From positions 24,738,001-24,802,000 of the forward strand of contig NC_045712.1 of the NCBI RefSeq assembly GCF_009834535.1: 64,000 nt of DNA, given 5' to 3'. Under the pieces are notes generated by a model, which saw only the letters and a list, made by a program, of their open reading frames with translations, did not search any database and was not told where the DNA came from. Positions within the stretch are counted from its first letter, which is position 1. Each line of letters begins with the position of its first letter. Origin of the DNA: Camelus ferus (taxonomy: Eukaryota). Shown here one piece after another: positions 37,146 to 49,800 of the stretch. The translations under genes and the position numbers were made by a program.

Positions 37146-38095
37146 TTCCCAGGAAGTAAGAGCAGAGGCCTCTTCCAAGAACTCAGAGGAGGCCTGCAGG
37201 CAGGGGAGGGGGGAGTGGGGGAGTTAATTTTAAACCAAACAGCCTTCAACGCTCCTCAGGAACTGGTTGCTCAATGTGATCTGGCAGGTCCCAGGCGGGT
37301 GGGCGGGCCTGGTGCCAGCTCAGGCTGAGCGGGGTGTGTGGAGGACACGCCCCAGAGGGGGAGGCCCAGTGACCTTGAGGGAAGTTGGGCCCTGTCCTTG
37401 CCCACGAATCAGGGCCTGTCACCCCCAACCCCACCTACCCAACCCAACTTGTTGAGGGTGTGGGGTGAGATGATTTCCTCTGTCATAATCAGGCAGGGTG
37501 AAATTATAACAAGATTAATAATATAGGTGTCATGTCCTTCCAAGAACTGACTATTCCACTCCCCTTCCCTGCTCAGAACTTGCCACTCCTGTCCCCTGGC
37601 TTGTACCACTGGAGGTTATCTGATGAAGGCCTGCTCTGGGGCCAAAGTAAGGCTTGTGTCATTTGCCTACTAGATGGGACTTTGGGGTGGTGGTGGAGGG
37701 ATGGAGGGTGGAGTGGAGCAAGTTGGGCCCAAGTTCTGAGACTAAAGGGTGAGTCTCCTGTGTGTGCAGGGAGGCTCTGAGCTGAACACACTGGGCCTAC
37801 CCCCGCCCCCATAGCTGGCAGGGAGTCAGAATGCCTTCACACACATTGACCTCCCCCTCAACCCTAGTGTGGCCACCCCCTCCAGACTGACAGCCTAAGC
37901 CCACCTCTCAGTGTCTGGACCCCAGAGGCCCCGCCCAGGGCACCCCTTCCCTCCCTTCCTCCACCAGCTGCCCAATAAGACCCAGCAGCCTGGGCGGGGT
38001 GAGGCCTGTGTTCTAGGAAAGGATCCTAGGCAAGAGCTGCCAGGAGCCTCAGTTCTTGGAATTGGCGCTGCAGAGCGAGGGGATGCTTCCTGGAA
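37146..38095. promoter_or_regulatory. Candidate STAT5 enhancer downstream of CISH
   Basis: Five TTCYNRGAA sites (37173, 37538, 38011, 38053, 38087), one TTC-N4-GAA site (37146), and GC boxes (37801, 37929, 37992). Confidence 0.65.
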
Positions 38096-39809
38096 CCTCC
38101 TGGCCACTCCAGGGAGAGGCTCAGAGACAGGGCTGTGACCTAGGTAAGGGAATGTGGTGCTGAGGCCTCAGCCGGGGTCCTTGCCTCCAGTAAGCCCTCT
38201 CTGATTGTGGGTGTCCCCTTAGACTCCCCTATCTTGACACTGAGTCTGGAGGGCCCTTCTAAGGGATCTGCCAGGACAGGCCCAGATCTGGTGCAGCCTC
38301 TTCAGTACCTAGCGTCCAGCCCAGGGACAGGTACAGTGTTGACAACCAGAAAGAGTAGGGAGAAAAGGGGAGTGTGTGCCTGGGGAGAAGGGCTTTGTGC
38401 AGGTGTGGGGACACAGGTGAAAGCGGGATGTTAGGTGTGAGTGAGCAGCCAGGGGTATGAAGGGCTAAGAGGGAGAAGGGAGAGCAAAATGCCAGGCCCT
38501 GCTTGCTGAGTCCCTTGTTGGTGGACAGACAACTTCTGGTCAGGACTTCTGTGTCTCCTTCAGGCCAGTCATTTCCTACAGGGCCTCTCCCTCAGATCCC
38601 TGTCCCACAGCTGAGGTACGGGGCCTGCTCCAGTGTCAGGCCACTTGGTGTGATCCTACCACCGGTGCACAGCTGTGCATCCTGAGCACACATCTGGCCC
38701 ATTAGAGCCATAGTTACCCTATTTAGAGAATAAAAAGAAGCTGCAGGGCCCCCAGGAAGGCCATGAGGGTTGTGACCCTATTCTGAGACTGGGTTGGGGC
38801 CTAGTCACACTTCCAGGGAGCTGCCATAAGTATTCCTATCACAGGGTCCCAGGGTCAGCAGTGGCCTTGAAGTCTGGCTGAGGGGACCGGGGAGCATGTC
38901 AGGGCTGGCACAGAGAAGTAAGGTTCTCCCTCTCTGGTTGGGTGACCTTGGGGCTTGGGGCAGCCTTTTAACCACTCAGAACCTGTTTGCCTTCAGAAGA
39001 ATGGAGAACCCTAACTGGCCAAGACTCTCCTCTCCCTTGCCTCTCCTCTCATGTCCTCAGGTCAATCCTTGGATCTGACTGAGCACAGCCCCAGGCCTGC
39101 TACCCACCCACCCCCAACAAGTCACAGAGAAGGGGGCCCCCAGCGCATCCCCTAGAGGCCAGGCCTGGGGTTGAGAAGGGCTGAGATTCAGTGCCTGGGC
39201 GGGGGTTGTGAGGTGGGGCTGTGACTGAGAGGTCCTTTGAGCCCTGCAGGAGGATGGTGGGGCAGCCTAGGGACCTAGTTCATTATCATAATTCTCTGGC
39301 ATGACCTGCAGCAGCAGGCAGTGGGAGCACTGCATTCTCCACCACTCAGAGGCCATGACATCTGCACCAAGGCCAGGCTGGCCTTGACTGGGAGGCTGCC
39401 ATGGGAGGACTGAACCTGGAATCACCCGACCTGAGTGGGAAGAGCTGCTAGGTGGCACCTACTGGGTTTGCAGGGGACACTGGTGTCCTGCTACATATAG
39501 GTGGTTCCAGAGCCAGGCACCCTGCATAACTTGAGCCAGTCATGAATTCTTATCTTACAGAATCCTGGTGAGGAGTAAATGTATAGATTTGATGAATTTT
39601 CTCCTTGGGGTCTCCTCCCTAGTCCCACCCCACTCCTCCGACTCCCCCTTGGCCATGAGCCCATGTAGACACGAGTCCCAGAAGCACTCTCTCTCTGGCC
39701 CTTACTGCAGCAGGAAGAACTCTGGACACACCCGCTCCTTCCACAGGAGCACAGGCCCTGATGTTCACAGTGCTCTAGGCGAAAGGCAAATAGAGGCCCT
39801 CACTACAGA

Positions 39810-40440
39810 ATCTAAATATTTAAAATCATAAATCAAGCCACAAACTGCTAATAAAATATGCTCTATCCTCCTACTCAACAAATAAACTTTCATAACAATA
39901 ATAAATCTGTAAATCTGCAGTTTTTATATGTCTCAAATTCATATAAAATATCAGAAAGTCAGACATCAAATATGCTTGAGTTTAAGAGTTGTTACTCATG
40001 TCCAGGCATCTAGTGATGTGAGTCAGAAGGTAAAGATGTGCCTAATTTAAAAGGTATTACATACTTTTTCTGTAACATTTACTGTTCTTGCTTTTATTCC
40101 AGGAAAAATATTATGTTTTCTAATCAAGATTTTCATAATTTCTATCTATTAGCAGTAGTGATTTAACAGGTTAAAATAAAATATTAAATTCCAAGGTCAC
40201 AAAAATATGAACTAAATTAAATTTAAAATATTTTAAAACTGAAAGTATTTATAATATAGTCCAAAAAGTTGTTTTTAAAATAATCAAAATTAGTGAAAAT
40301 TAAGTCAAAATACAAACTATTGAGTTATAATGAACTAATGTAAAAATCTAAATCAAAAAGATTTAAAACTAAAATTTTATTCAACTTTTTGAAATTTCTA
40401 TTAAGTTTTAAATATCTTTATAGAAATAAACCTCCCCAAT
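39810..40440. mobile_element. AT-rich relic, probably an old hAT-type DNA transposon (family not confirmed)
   Basis: Abrupt, strongly AT-rich block in GC-rich surroundings. No open reading frame. Confidence 0.45.
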
Positions 40441-40679
40441 TCACATTCAGATCCTCTGTGAACACTGAGGCTGGTTCAAAACCCCCTGCATTTCCCTGGG
40501 GCCTGAATGGTGTCACCGTGAGTGTTGGGTTTATCTCGCACTGTGCCAGTGGTGAGTGTCACCTCACCAGTGATGGTGATACCCACATGTTCTCTAGTCC
40601 ACTTACTGTGAACTGATCATCTGTGTGCTTGTGATACATTCTACATAATAGGCTCCAGGCAGATTAGAGGAGTGACAGA

Positions 40680-40815
40680 CCAGGTACAATTTCCAATAAA
40701 TGGCAGTGGAACAATTGGGAAAAAATGAAGTGCAATGTCTACTTCACACAGGCAACCATGATAAATTCTATATGGACTAAATATTTAAACATGAAAAATG
40801 AAACCCTAAGAGTCC
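40680..40815 (+). mobile_element. L1M ORF2-end fragment
   Basis: ttccaataaatggcagtggaacaattgg...acttcacac...aaattctatatggactaaatatttaaacatg. Confidence 0.65.
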
Positions 40816-40959
40816 CTCAGAGCACCTCCCTGGGAGTCACAACAGTATTGATTCTGGGTAGGGAAAAACCTTCCTTCGTGTGGCTCCCCTGCATTATTTG
40901 CAGGACAGGTCTGGAGAAATGAGAACCACATCAGAAATCCATTAATGCCGTTTAGTGTC

Positions 40960-41065
40960 ATCTTCCCACTCTTGGAGGGTTTTCCCCAGAGGCAGGCTCT
41001 GGGACAAGGATCCAAACATAAATAGCTTATTTCAGAGGTGATGTCAAGAAGCACCAGTAGGGTAT
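40960..41065. mobile_element. LTR33-like (ERVL) left piece
   Basis: gggtttccccagaggcaggctctgggacaaggat...agcttatttcagaggtgatgtcaagaagcaccagtagg resembles LTR33 as I recall it. Confidence 0.6.
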
Positions 41066-41571
41066 TGGAAGACAATGTTTCCTGGTTGTCTTCCACTTCT
41101 GTACACTTGCTGGTAGAGGCACTGACTGCCCTTGTTCCAAGTAACACTTTCAAGGGTGATTACAGTGAACAGCCTTAGAAGGTAGAGATACTGTCTCCCT
41201 CCAGGGAAAAAGGCAGATTTGTTTTATCCACCATTAATAAAGATAATAGCTCCCTCTGGGGCAAAGGTTGGGCAAGTTTGCTTACAGCCTGTTATAAAAG
41301 ATTTGGGTTCCCTGAGCTCAGGGTTCCTCTCATCAACCCATTGCATGTGCAGGCATCATCTGGCCCTTATTGGGTCACTCTGTGGGAACTGTGGTTCCAG
41401 GAAGTGGTACAAGAAAATGCTGATCCTCTGTCTACTCTGTTACTGTAGAAAATAAACTGACCTTTGTTCCTAAAGCAGGAGTCTTGTGTCTTCTGCCAGC
41501 ATCCTCAGCAGTATGACAATTTGCTAGCTTGCAGGTTGGGTGAAATCTCAGCACCTTCCCAGTTTCTGACA
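41066..41571 (+). mobile_element. Solo ERV LTR (subfamily uncertain) nested in an LTR33-like element
   Basis: TG...TGACA ends, TATAAAA at 41293, AATAAA at 41451, and a characteristic ggagtcttgtgtcttctgccagcatcc...aaatctcag 3' end. Confidence 0.7.
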
Positions 41572-41880
41572 TGGAGGAGAGGAGAAGTGAGACAGGGAAG
41601 GAAAGGAAGCCAGAGAAGGTTTCTTAATAAGTGGGTTCCCTCTGTGGGCAACTGAGGTCAGTCCTCGGTTGAGAGATGGTGCAGAACACACCTTAGAGTT
41701 GTCCTACCCAAGAGATAAGGAAGCTGGGGTGCGTATCCACCAACTGCCACCCCTCGCTGGCTTAGGGCTACTCCAGGGGGTGAGCTCCCTGGCAATTTTG
41801 GTCACCTATCAAGCTGGCCTCTGAGGCAGACAAACCTCAAGCCAAGCATTGCAACTGCTGTGTGGGAACTTGAGTGTGAA
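41572..41880. mobile_element. LTR33-like (ERVL) right piece
   Basis: gaagtgagacagggaaggaaaggaagcc...tgtgggcaactg...agaacacaccttagagtt continues the left piece. Confidence 0.6.
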
Positions 41881-44800
41881 GGGATATACTCCATGTGAGC
41901 AGGGCCTTATCTGCACACTGCCCATGCCCAGTGCCTGGCACAGTGCTGAGCAGATAGTGACTGAATGTACGGTGCAGGGCCCAAGGATAAGGGCCTGTTT
42001 ACTTGCCTCTGTCCTCCACTAGGCCATGAGCTCCTTGTGGGCAGTGTTAGTGTCAATTTTTCCTTCACACTCCAGCACCAAGGGTAGGCCTGACAATCTT
42101 AGGCTCCCAGTCAGGGGTGGAGGGGAGCGAGGGGATAGCCAGGCAGTGATGGGGCTCAGTCTCATAGGGCAAAGGCAGCCTCTCACCTGCTTCCTGAGAC
42201 CAAGTGAAAGGCAAGAGCTCTGGAAAGGAGCAGAAAACTCTGTCTGGGGCCATTTAATACAAGAGAAGTACCCAACAAATCTGAGGGGTCTCTACTCTTT
42301 GTTCAAACCCTACCCTCCACCCTACCAAACAGTTCTAGCTCCCAGCTGAGGTGTACTCAGGGTGCAGGGGAATAAGAAAAACCTGGAATAGCAAACTCTG
42401 AGGGGTCAATCTTGCCTAGAGTACAGTGCTCCAGGCCTCTGGACCGTCAGGGAAGAAGCAGAGTTGCAGGCAAAGGTTGAGGCCTGGCAGAGGCCCTGTT
42501 TCCTCTCCTGGTTCCTGGGCCCACCCCAGTGACTGGCAAAGTCTGGAGGGCGGAGCTGGCCTGGGTGTGGCTCCCACTCTCTCAGCCCCAAAGAACCCTG
42601 TACCCCCAGCCTAGGGCTCTGGGGGTCAATTTTATGATGAATAGGTGGGTGAACAGTGGGTGGGAGTGAGGGGGTACAGAGGCTGAGGGAGGCTGGAGGC
42701 AGGGGAAAGTTCCAGGGGGGATCAGAGAAAGTGGAAGAAGAATTTCAGCAGAATTTGCAAGTCTGGATTTTATCTGAGGAATCAGACACAGAGAGACAGA
42801 GATTACTTGAGAGAAAGGGCATTCCAGGCAGCTAGGACAGAAAAAGCAATGTAATGTGTGAGAAATCCCTGGGCATAGTCAGTGAGGCTTGGGAGGACAC
42901 TGTGGTTGGTCCCCAGGTGGGTTTGCTGGGAGAATCAACCCAGAATTTGATGCAGTGTGGCCATCAAGGGGTGCCAAGCCCCAAATACCAGGCCAAAAAG
43001 GTCAAGGACATGGACAGGTGCCCGGGTCTGGCTCATTCCCCTCCGGATCTTCCCCAACTTGCTGTGTGACCCTGGGCAATTCATAGGCCCTCTCGGCTTC
43101 AGCTTTCTTTTCCATAAAATGGGAGTTCCCATGAGCTCCCATGACTCAGAGATAGTGGTTGGGCCTCTAAACAGGGTGACATCCCTTAAGAACGTGTCAC
43201 CCCTTTTCCAAGCTTGGAAAGTAGCCTCAACCCTCAGCAACACAGGGACCCTCACAGATGCCACACACATACAGTCCTGAACTGGTTCCCAGAGCCTGGA
43301 GTTCCCCCATCCAAGGGAGGCCCTGTGTGGACACCTGTGATCATGGACATGGACCCAAGTGCTCAAGTCCCACACCTGTCACCATGCACGTACCTATGGT
43401 CACCTGTGTAGAGGTGTGCAGGTTCTGTGATGTGCACGTGTGATGTGGCCTGGCCCTCATGGCTCCCCACTGCTGACCAGAGCAAGCCTAAGGACCCAAC
43501 CACTCATTGGAGGCCTGTCAGGAGGAGCTGATGTCCAAGTCCATGACAGGTTCCCACCTGAACCACCTCATCTGTCTTACAGTTGATGCTAAATGCCTGG
43601 GAATGGGACACGACAAATAAGGACCTCAGTCACCCCTTCTCCAAGCTTGGGAGGTAGTTTCAGCCTTAGCAACCCAGGGCCCCTCACAGATAATACTGGC
43701 AGGAAAAAAGGACCTGTCCCGGATGCTGTGTCCTCACATGACTCTGAATTCCACCCCACCCAGATGGCCTCAGAGGAGGCTGAGGTGCTGGGTTCTTGGC
43801 TGTGACTCAGCGGAAGGAAGACAGGAGTGGGGGGTGTGCTGGGGCCTTAGGGTTTTGCTTCTCATTTCTCTCTTTCTAAAGCATAGCAAGTTCCCAGAAA
43901 TGAAGGTACAGAAACCCCAGACTCTCAGGGGCACTGGGTTCCCCAGTCCTCCCACCCCTAGAGGCACCACACAGGGTGTAGGGAAGCCCCTAGTCCTTGT
44001 CCCCTGCTTGGGGCCTTCTTCCCCACCCCAGAACCAGGGACTGAGTATCTGGAAGGTCCATGCTGGAGCCAGGAGTAGGTCGTGAACTCCAAAGACTTTT
44101 CAGGAGCATGCAGTCCAGATTCACTTGCTGGGACAAATGCTGGGTGAGAGGAGACACTGGAACCTTTAGGACCCGTAGGGATGGAGCAGTCAGGGTGGGC
44201 TTCCCAGGAGAGGCAGAGGCTAACCTCACCAAGAATCTGAGAGAGGGCATCCTCAGATGCCCCACATGAGTTCCTTCTCTCTCCCTTGCCCATCCTTCCC
44301 TCTCTCCTTCCCTTCTCTTCCTTTCCCCCTCTTTCTTTCATATTTTTAACTATTGAAAAAGCCCAATTTTAAAAAAACCCCACACAGACTCAAATGGGCA
44401 CAACACCAAATTATGATCATTTAGAATCTTTCCTGTGTGTCCAGAGAACCAGATTTGGGCTGAGCTTGGCATAAAGCTTCTCCTGCTGTCCCTGCGAATG
44501 AAGGAGACTGCAAGGTGGTCGGAAACACTGCTACTTTTGTAACCATTTATCTGTGAGAATCAGGGGTCACTTGGTCCTGTGCCACCAAAATCAAACACCG
44601 AAAGAAACTGGACTCTGAGGCTGACATAAGATTCACTTCCACCCTAGCCCCCAGTTCAAACGACAGTACTCATCACTATTCGCCTTGATGGACTTAACAC
44701 TGACAAAGTGTTGAGAATTTGAATTTATAAAATATATTTATGTTTAAGATGCTGTCTTTATCTTTAAAAAAATATATATTATTTGAGTTCCATGTGAAAT

Positions 44801-45409
44801 TTAGTTTAACAGAACAAACTCCACAGCTCTAGGGATCTGGGCAAGAGGGCTGGGCAGAATGAGCAAGAGGCAGGGTTTCCATGCAGGCAGGCAGTGGGGA
44901 GCTCTGGACAGTTCTTGAGCTGTGGAATGCCTTCAAGAAGAGTTTTAGGCACATCCACACACTCCTCCCGGAACCACCCAGACCTGAGGACCTGTGCTTC
45001 CCATGATACGGCAGGCTTTATACCCGCTTATGTAGAGACGGGACTCACTTTCCTCACCCACCTGTCAGCTGGGAACCAGAGTCTGGGAGTCAGCCAGTCC
45101 CACCCCACATCCGGAGTACATCGGAACCTCCTTCCAGTAGCAGCCACTTTCACTGCCCTCCCCTCCCCAGTGGGCCCCTCTTCTGTGGGGTGTGAAAGTC
45201 TGGCACCCGGGCAGCTGGGAGGGGGGAAAGCTCACTCCACATCTGGTGCTTTTTGTTTGACTCACCACTTTCCTCTTTGCCCTGGAAGCCCACGTCAGCC
45301 CTGGGGCCACCCCAGCTTGGCACTGGGGCCCCTCGGGGAATTGGAGCCCTGAGCTGCAGTTGGCCTCAGTTGGCCTGCTCACTCTCCTTCCAGCTGGGAT
45401 GTCAGAGGA

Positions 45410-45570
45410 CTGGGCTCAAATGCTACCACAGCCACTTCCTGCTTGTGTGATGTTGGGCAGGCTAAGCCTCAGTCTTTTCATCTGTCTAGTGGGCCTAGGA
45501 AGGCGCCCAAGACATGCAGACAGGATTGATGACAAAGTATGTGTGGCACATGGCACCATTACACATGGAG
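45410..45570 (+). mobile_element. MIR SINE
   Basis: gggctcaaatgctaccacagccacttcctgcttgtgtgatgttgggcaggctaagcctcagtcttttcatctgt. Confidence 0.65.
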
Positions 45571-48500
45571 ATGCCTGGTCACTGTGGTTGACAGCCCTCA
45601 GGCCTGGAAGGGTGGTCTTCTCAACTCCATCTAAAGTGCTGCCTCCAGGCTACATCCCCAAATGTTAACATCTGGATCTTCAGATACCCTGAAACTTAAA
45701 TTAGGCCCCTGGTATCCAGAAATGCATTCAGAACTCATCCAAGGGCATTCACCACCATCACTGCCTTGCCCCTATACATCTCTGTTCACATGATTTCAGG
45801 CCTCCAGGCTTCTGCCTAGACTGCCCTCTCTGCCTGCTCTATCCCTGTCCTGTGCCTCATCCTCTTCAAGCCTGGTGTGATGGCAAAGGCCCAGGTCCTG
45901 GGTCATTCTGCTTGTGCCAGAATCCCAGTTCAGCCAGCATATGAGCAAGCTCCTTAACCTTTTTCAGTTCGTTTCCTTGTCTGTAAGATGGGATGGTTCA
46001 CAGACTCTGCCTTATGGGATATCTTGAGGGCGAATGAGATAATCCCAGAAGCACTTGGTTCAGGGTGCACCATTCAATCTCCATATTTTATAGGCTCTTC
46101 TGATTGATGTCATCTCCCCAGAGCCTGGCACACAGTAGGGACTTGGAAGACCGAGGTCTGGGCCTATGTTGCACACAGCTCAGGAGAAGAGCCCATAGGC
46201 GTAAACACTGGGCTTCCAGAAAGCCCTCTGGGATCAGCCCTGGCAAGCCCTGCTCCTGCTCCGAGGATCCATAAGCCCAGGTGGACCACTGCATTGAGCC
46301 CTGAAGGGAGCAGCCCAGGATCCAGCTATGCTGACCTCAGTGTCTCTGACAGTCATATGGGCAGCAAAAGCAGCCTCAGCCTCCCTTCCAGTCCAGCTGT
46401 GTGACCTGCACCCTGCTGAGCCTTGGTTTCCTCATCATGAAGATGATTAAAAACCCAGTGTGTGAGGTAGCATGATTAAAACTAATAAATGCAAAGCAGC
46501 TGCTTGGGGCCCATTGCCCAGCAGGAGCTCAAGAAATGACGGCAAGGAGATGGAGGAGGAAGGCCCAGGGAGCGCTGGTTGGATACTTCGCTCAGCTGCA
46601 AGGTCCAAGGGCAAGCAAGGCCCAGGCAGCTCTAGCTTGGGGTTCACTCTGCTTGCCCACACAGCTTGGCCTCACACTGACTTCCAGGAATGGCAAAGGG
46701 CCTTGGCTGCCTCTCCTGGCAGGCAGGACCACTCTTGGAAAGCAAGGCAGGGTCGGGGTCTGCAGCTGATGAAAGGCTGGAGGCTGGGAGCCAAAGAAGA
46801 GACTTGGGTTCAAGCCCCAGCCCAGGCCTGCTGAGCCTTTATATTCTCATCTACACACAGGGATCTTTGTGGGTGCCTCAAGCCCCAACAATCCGCTCCC
46901 TGGGCTCAGCAAGGTGGGAGATCTGATCTTTCCACTCCCCCAAACTCATGTCCCAGGAGAGGGCTACAGATTCAGTACAAGGGGCAATATGGTGGCATCC
47001 CCAGCCCTGAGAGGCAGAGTCTCTGGGAGAGACCCCAGCCTCTGGAAAGGGGCCACCAGGCCAGGCCTGCCTTCCCTGGGGCAGAGCTGGTCTGAGCCAC
47101 CTCACCTTGAATCCTCAGCCATGGCCGGGGACCAAGTGGAGGCCAGCTCAGTCTAGGGCTCCCAGCAAGGCTGAGGTAAGCTCCCTTTGCCTCTCCTACT
47201 CTGTGAACTGTCAAACTGGCCTTTCTTGACCATTTTCCTATAGGATGGTTGAGGGGAGTGTGTCTCGGAAGTGGAGTGGTCCCAGAATTTGAAGCTCCTA
47301 CACATCTGATTCCTGATTACAAGGCCAAAGGTGCCTAAAGGTCCTTTCAGCGGTGCATCACCAGTTCCCTCAGAGCAGGAGCCGCTTACTTGGGGGAAAT
47401 CCCACTCTCCTCACAACTACCACCAAGGCTTCAGATGGGACCCAGATCTGTCCACACACCCATTGGTGCAGTTGGGCTAATGGAGCTGACATCAGCCGTT
47501 TGGCCCTGAGGACTTTATGAGCCACAATTTGTGCATCCCAGAGCTACATGAAGAGCCATATAAAACAGCCGCACAAGCCATCCAATTAAATGACCAAGGG
47601 CCCTTGGAAGCAATGGGGGCTGAGGGCACTGCATCAGGAGTCAGGAGGCAAGCGCTATATGATCTTGAGTAAGCCCCTTCCTTCTCTGTTTAAGAGAGAG
47701 GGAATCAGGGATTGGACATGTGTCTTGCTACAATTTACCCCTGCCAATACAAACAGGCCTTCTTGGCTTCATCCAAAGCATATCAGGGGACTTAAGCTGA
47801 CCCTTGAACTCAGGTGTCCAGACTGTCCATCGCCCAGATTCTCAGTCTCAGACCCAGCATGAGTCACGTCAGCCCACTGTCTGGCCCCCCAGTAGCTCTC
47901 CATGTGGCTCCTGAGTTGGGGCTGTGGCTTCAGGAGCCCCAGACCTTGGCCAGGTGGGATGGTGCCTCCAGAGCCACTGAGTGTCCCTCATCTGGAGTGA
48001 GGTCCTGGTCCAGGCGTGGACAGGCAGAGTCGAGGGTTCCAATTAGCCACTTCAGCTTTGGGGACCATGAGGCTGAGAATCCCAGGAATGACTAAATTCT
48101 ATTCCAGCCACACAGCCCAGCCCACACCTATAGCAGGAGCTGGGCACTGCCTGGTGACTGGAAGGAGCCGAATCTCCGAGGCTTACATGGAGGGGTGAGT
48201 GTTGGCCAGAGCTGCTTTTCTGCCCCTAGAGTCAGGGGCTACTGCACTCATTTCACAGACATGGTACCTACTCACCCTCTGCTCATCCTTACAAACTCAA
48301 GGCATGCTGGGCCAACCACATGACTCCATGGAAGCCAGGAACAGGCTCAGATCCAGTCTCTGAGATCATCTCTGAGAGCATAGGTGGTCCTCATGCCAAT
48401 GGATATGGGCCACGGAGGCCAGCTTTGCTCTCTCTTCCCCAGTCTCAGTCCCATTCTCCACCCACTCCCAGTGCCCGGACCAGACTCTCTGGGGCCCACG

Positions 48501-48736
48501 CTGGGCCCCTTTCTTAGACAGGTGGACAGTGGGCCTGGGCAGCTCATGTCTCCAGATTGTAGAGGGTTCACAACCCCCACCCCGGCCACCTCACTGCTCA
48601 GAGGAAAAGCATTCAAGGCAATCTATCATGCACCTCAAAAATTTTCAGTCTTTTCCCATTTCTAAATTTCAATTGCAAAGCTACTTCCATTTTTAGGTAC
48701 TTGTTAGAGCAGCACTTCATTTTGGGTACCAAAATC

Positions 48737-49091
48737 TGTATTAGTTTCTAATTGCTGCTATAACAACCACAAATTCAGTGTTTTAAAACAACACAAATAT
48801 ATCATCTTACAGTTCTGGAAGTCAGAAATCCAAAATCAGTTTTACCAGGTTAAAATCAAGGTGTTGGAAAGATGGCATTCTTTCTTGAGGCTCTTGGGGA
48901 GAATCCATTTCCTCGCCTTTTCACCTGTGATTACACTGAGTCCACCTGAATAATCCAGGATAATCATTCCATCTCAAGATCCTTAACTTAATCAAATCTG
49001 CAAAGTTCCTTTTGCCACGTAAGGTAACACACTCATAGGTTTGGGGGATTAAGATGTGGGTATCTTTGGGGCCATCATCCTGCTGACCACA
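48737..49091 (-). mobile_element. MaLR solo LTR (MLT1D-like), internally deleted
   Basis: Begins tgtattagtttc, contains cagttctggaagtcagaaatccaaaatc...aaatcaaggtgttgg, and ends ctgaccaca. Confidence 0.85.
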
Positions 49092-49379
49092 GGAGGGGGA
49101 GGGTTGCTTTGACGGTCTCAATCCCTGCCCAGACGGCCTGTCCCAGAACCGAGGGGTCATGAGGCGGGGATCAGACTGCTGTTCTGGCCAACACTCTGGC
49201 TGGGGCCCAGAGCTCCAGGAAACCTGGTGCCCGCCCCTGCTGCCGCCAAGGACAGCCTGTACTCCTGGCGTGGCCACTGTGCAGAGATTAGTTGCACTTG
49301 AGCCCTCCTAGTGGCTATGGCTCAACCCAAACAGCTGCCTGGCTCGGGTGGGAGGCCAGGCCCTCAGAGCTTCCTCCCT

Positions 49380-49800
49380 CTGCTGCCCAGAATATGTGAG
49401 AGCTGCTGTCAGGTCAGATGTGAGCCACATGGGAAATTCCAGCTCCATTCTAGAAAATGCACATACTATAGGCTTACTGGTGGACATTCACTGAGCTTGC
49501 AGTATGCTAGATCCATATGGGACCCCAGAGATGAGATAGACACAGAAAGGTTCCAAACGCATGGGGTAGAATGTCACTGGTACCTTGTAGAAGGGAGAAC
49601 ACAGAGGTCAGAGTGGGTGTTCCAGAGGAGACAGCATTTCTGCTGGGACTTGAAGAAAAGAATAATCTTGGACTGGAAGTGGTAGGCAAGGGCATTCCTG
49701 ATGAATGAACTGCTGGGGCAAGGGGAAGGAGGGGTGTGTAGGGAATGGAGAGCTCTATAGGGAGGCTGGAGTCCAGAGCAGTGGAAAAAAGAATCCGAAA
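49380..49800 (-). mobile_element. L2 LINE relic
   Basis: cattcactgagcttgcagtatgctag...ccagagatgagatagacacag...gacttgaagaaaagaata. Confidence 0.55.

Noticed and set aside
44270-44340. Polypyrimidine tract as a possible H-DNA element
   Set aside because: Irregular with no clear mirror symmetry, and adjacent to an L1-like tail. Ordinary low complexity.
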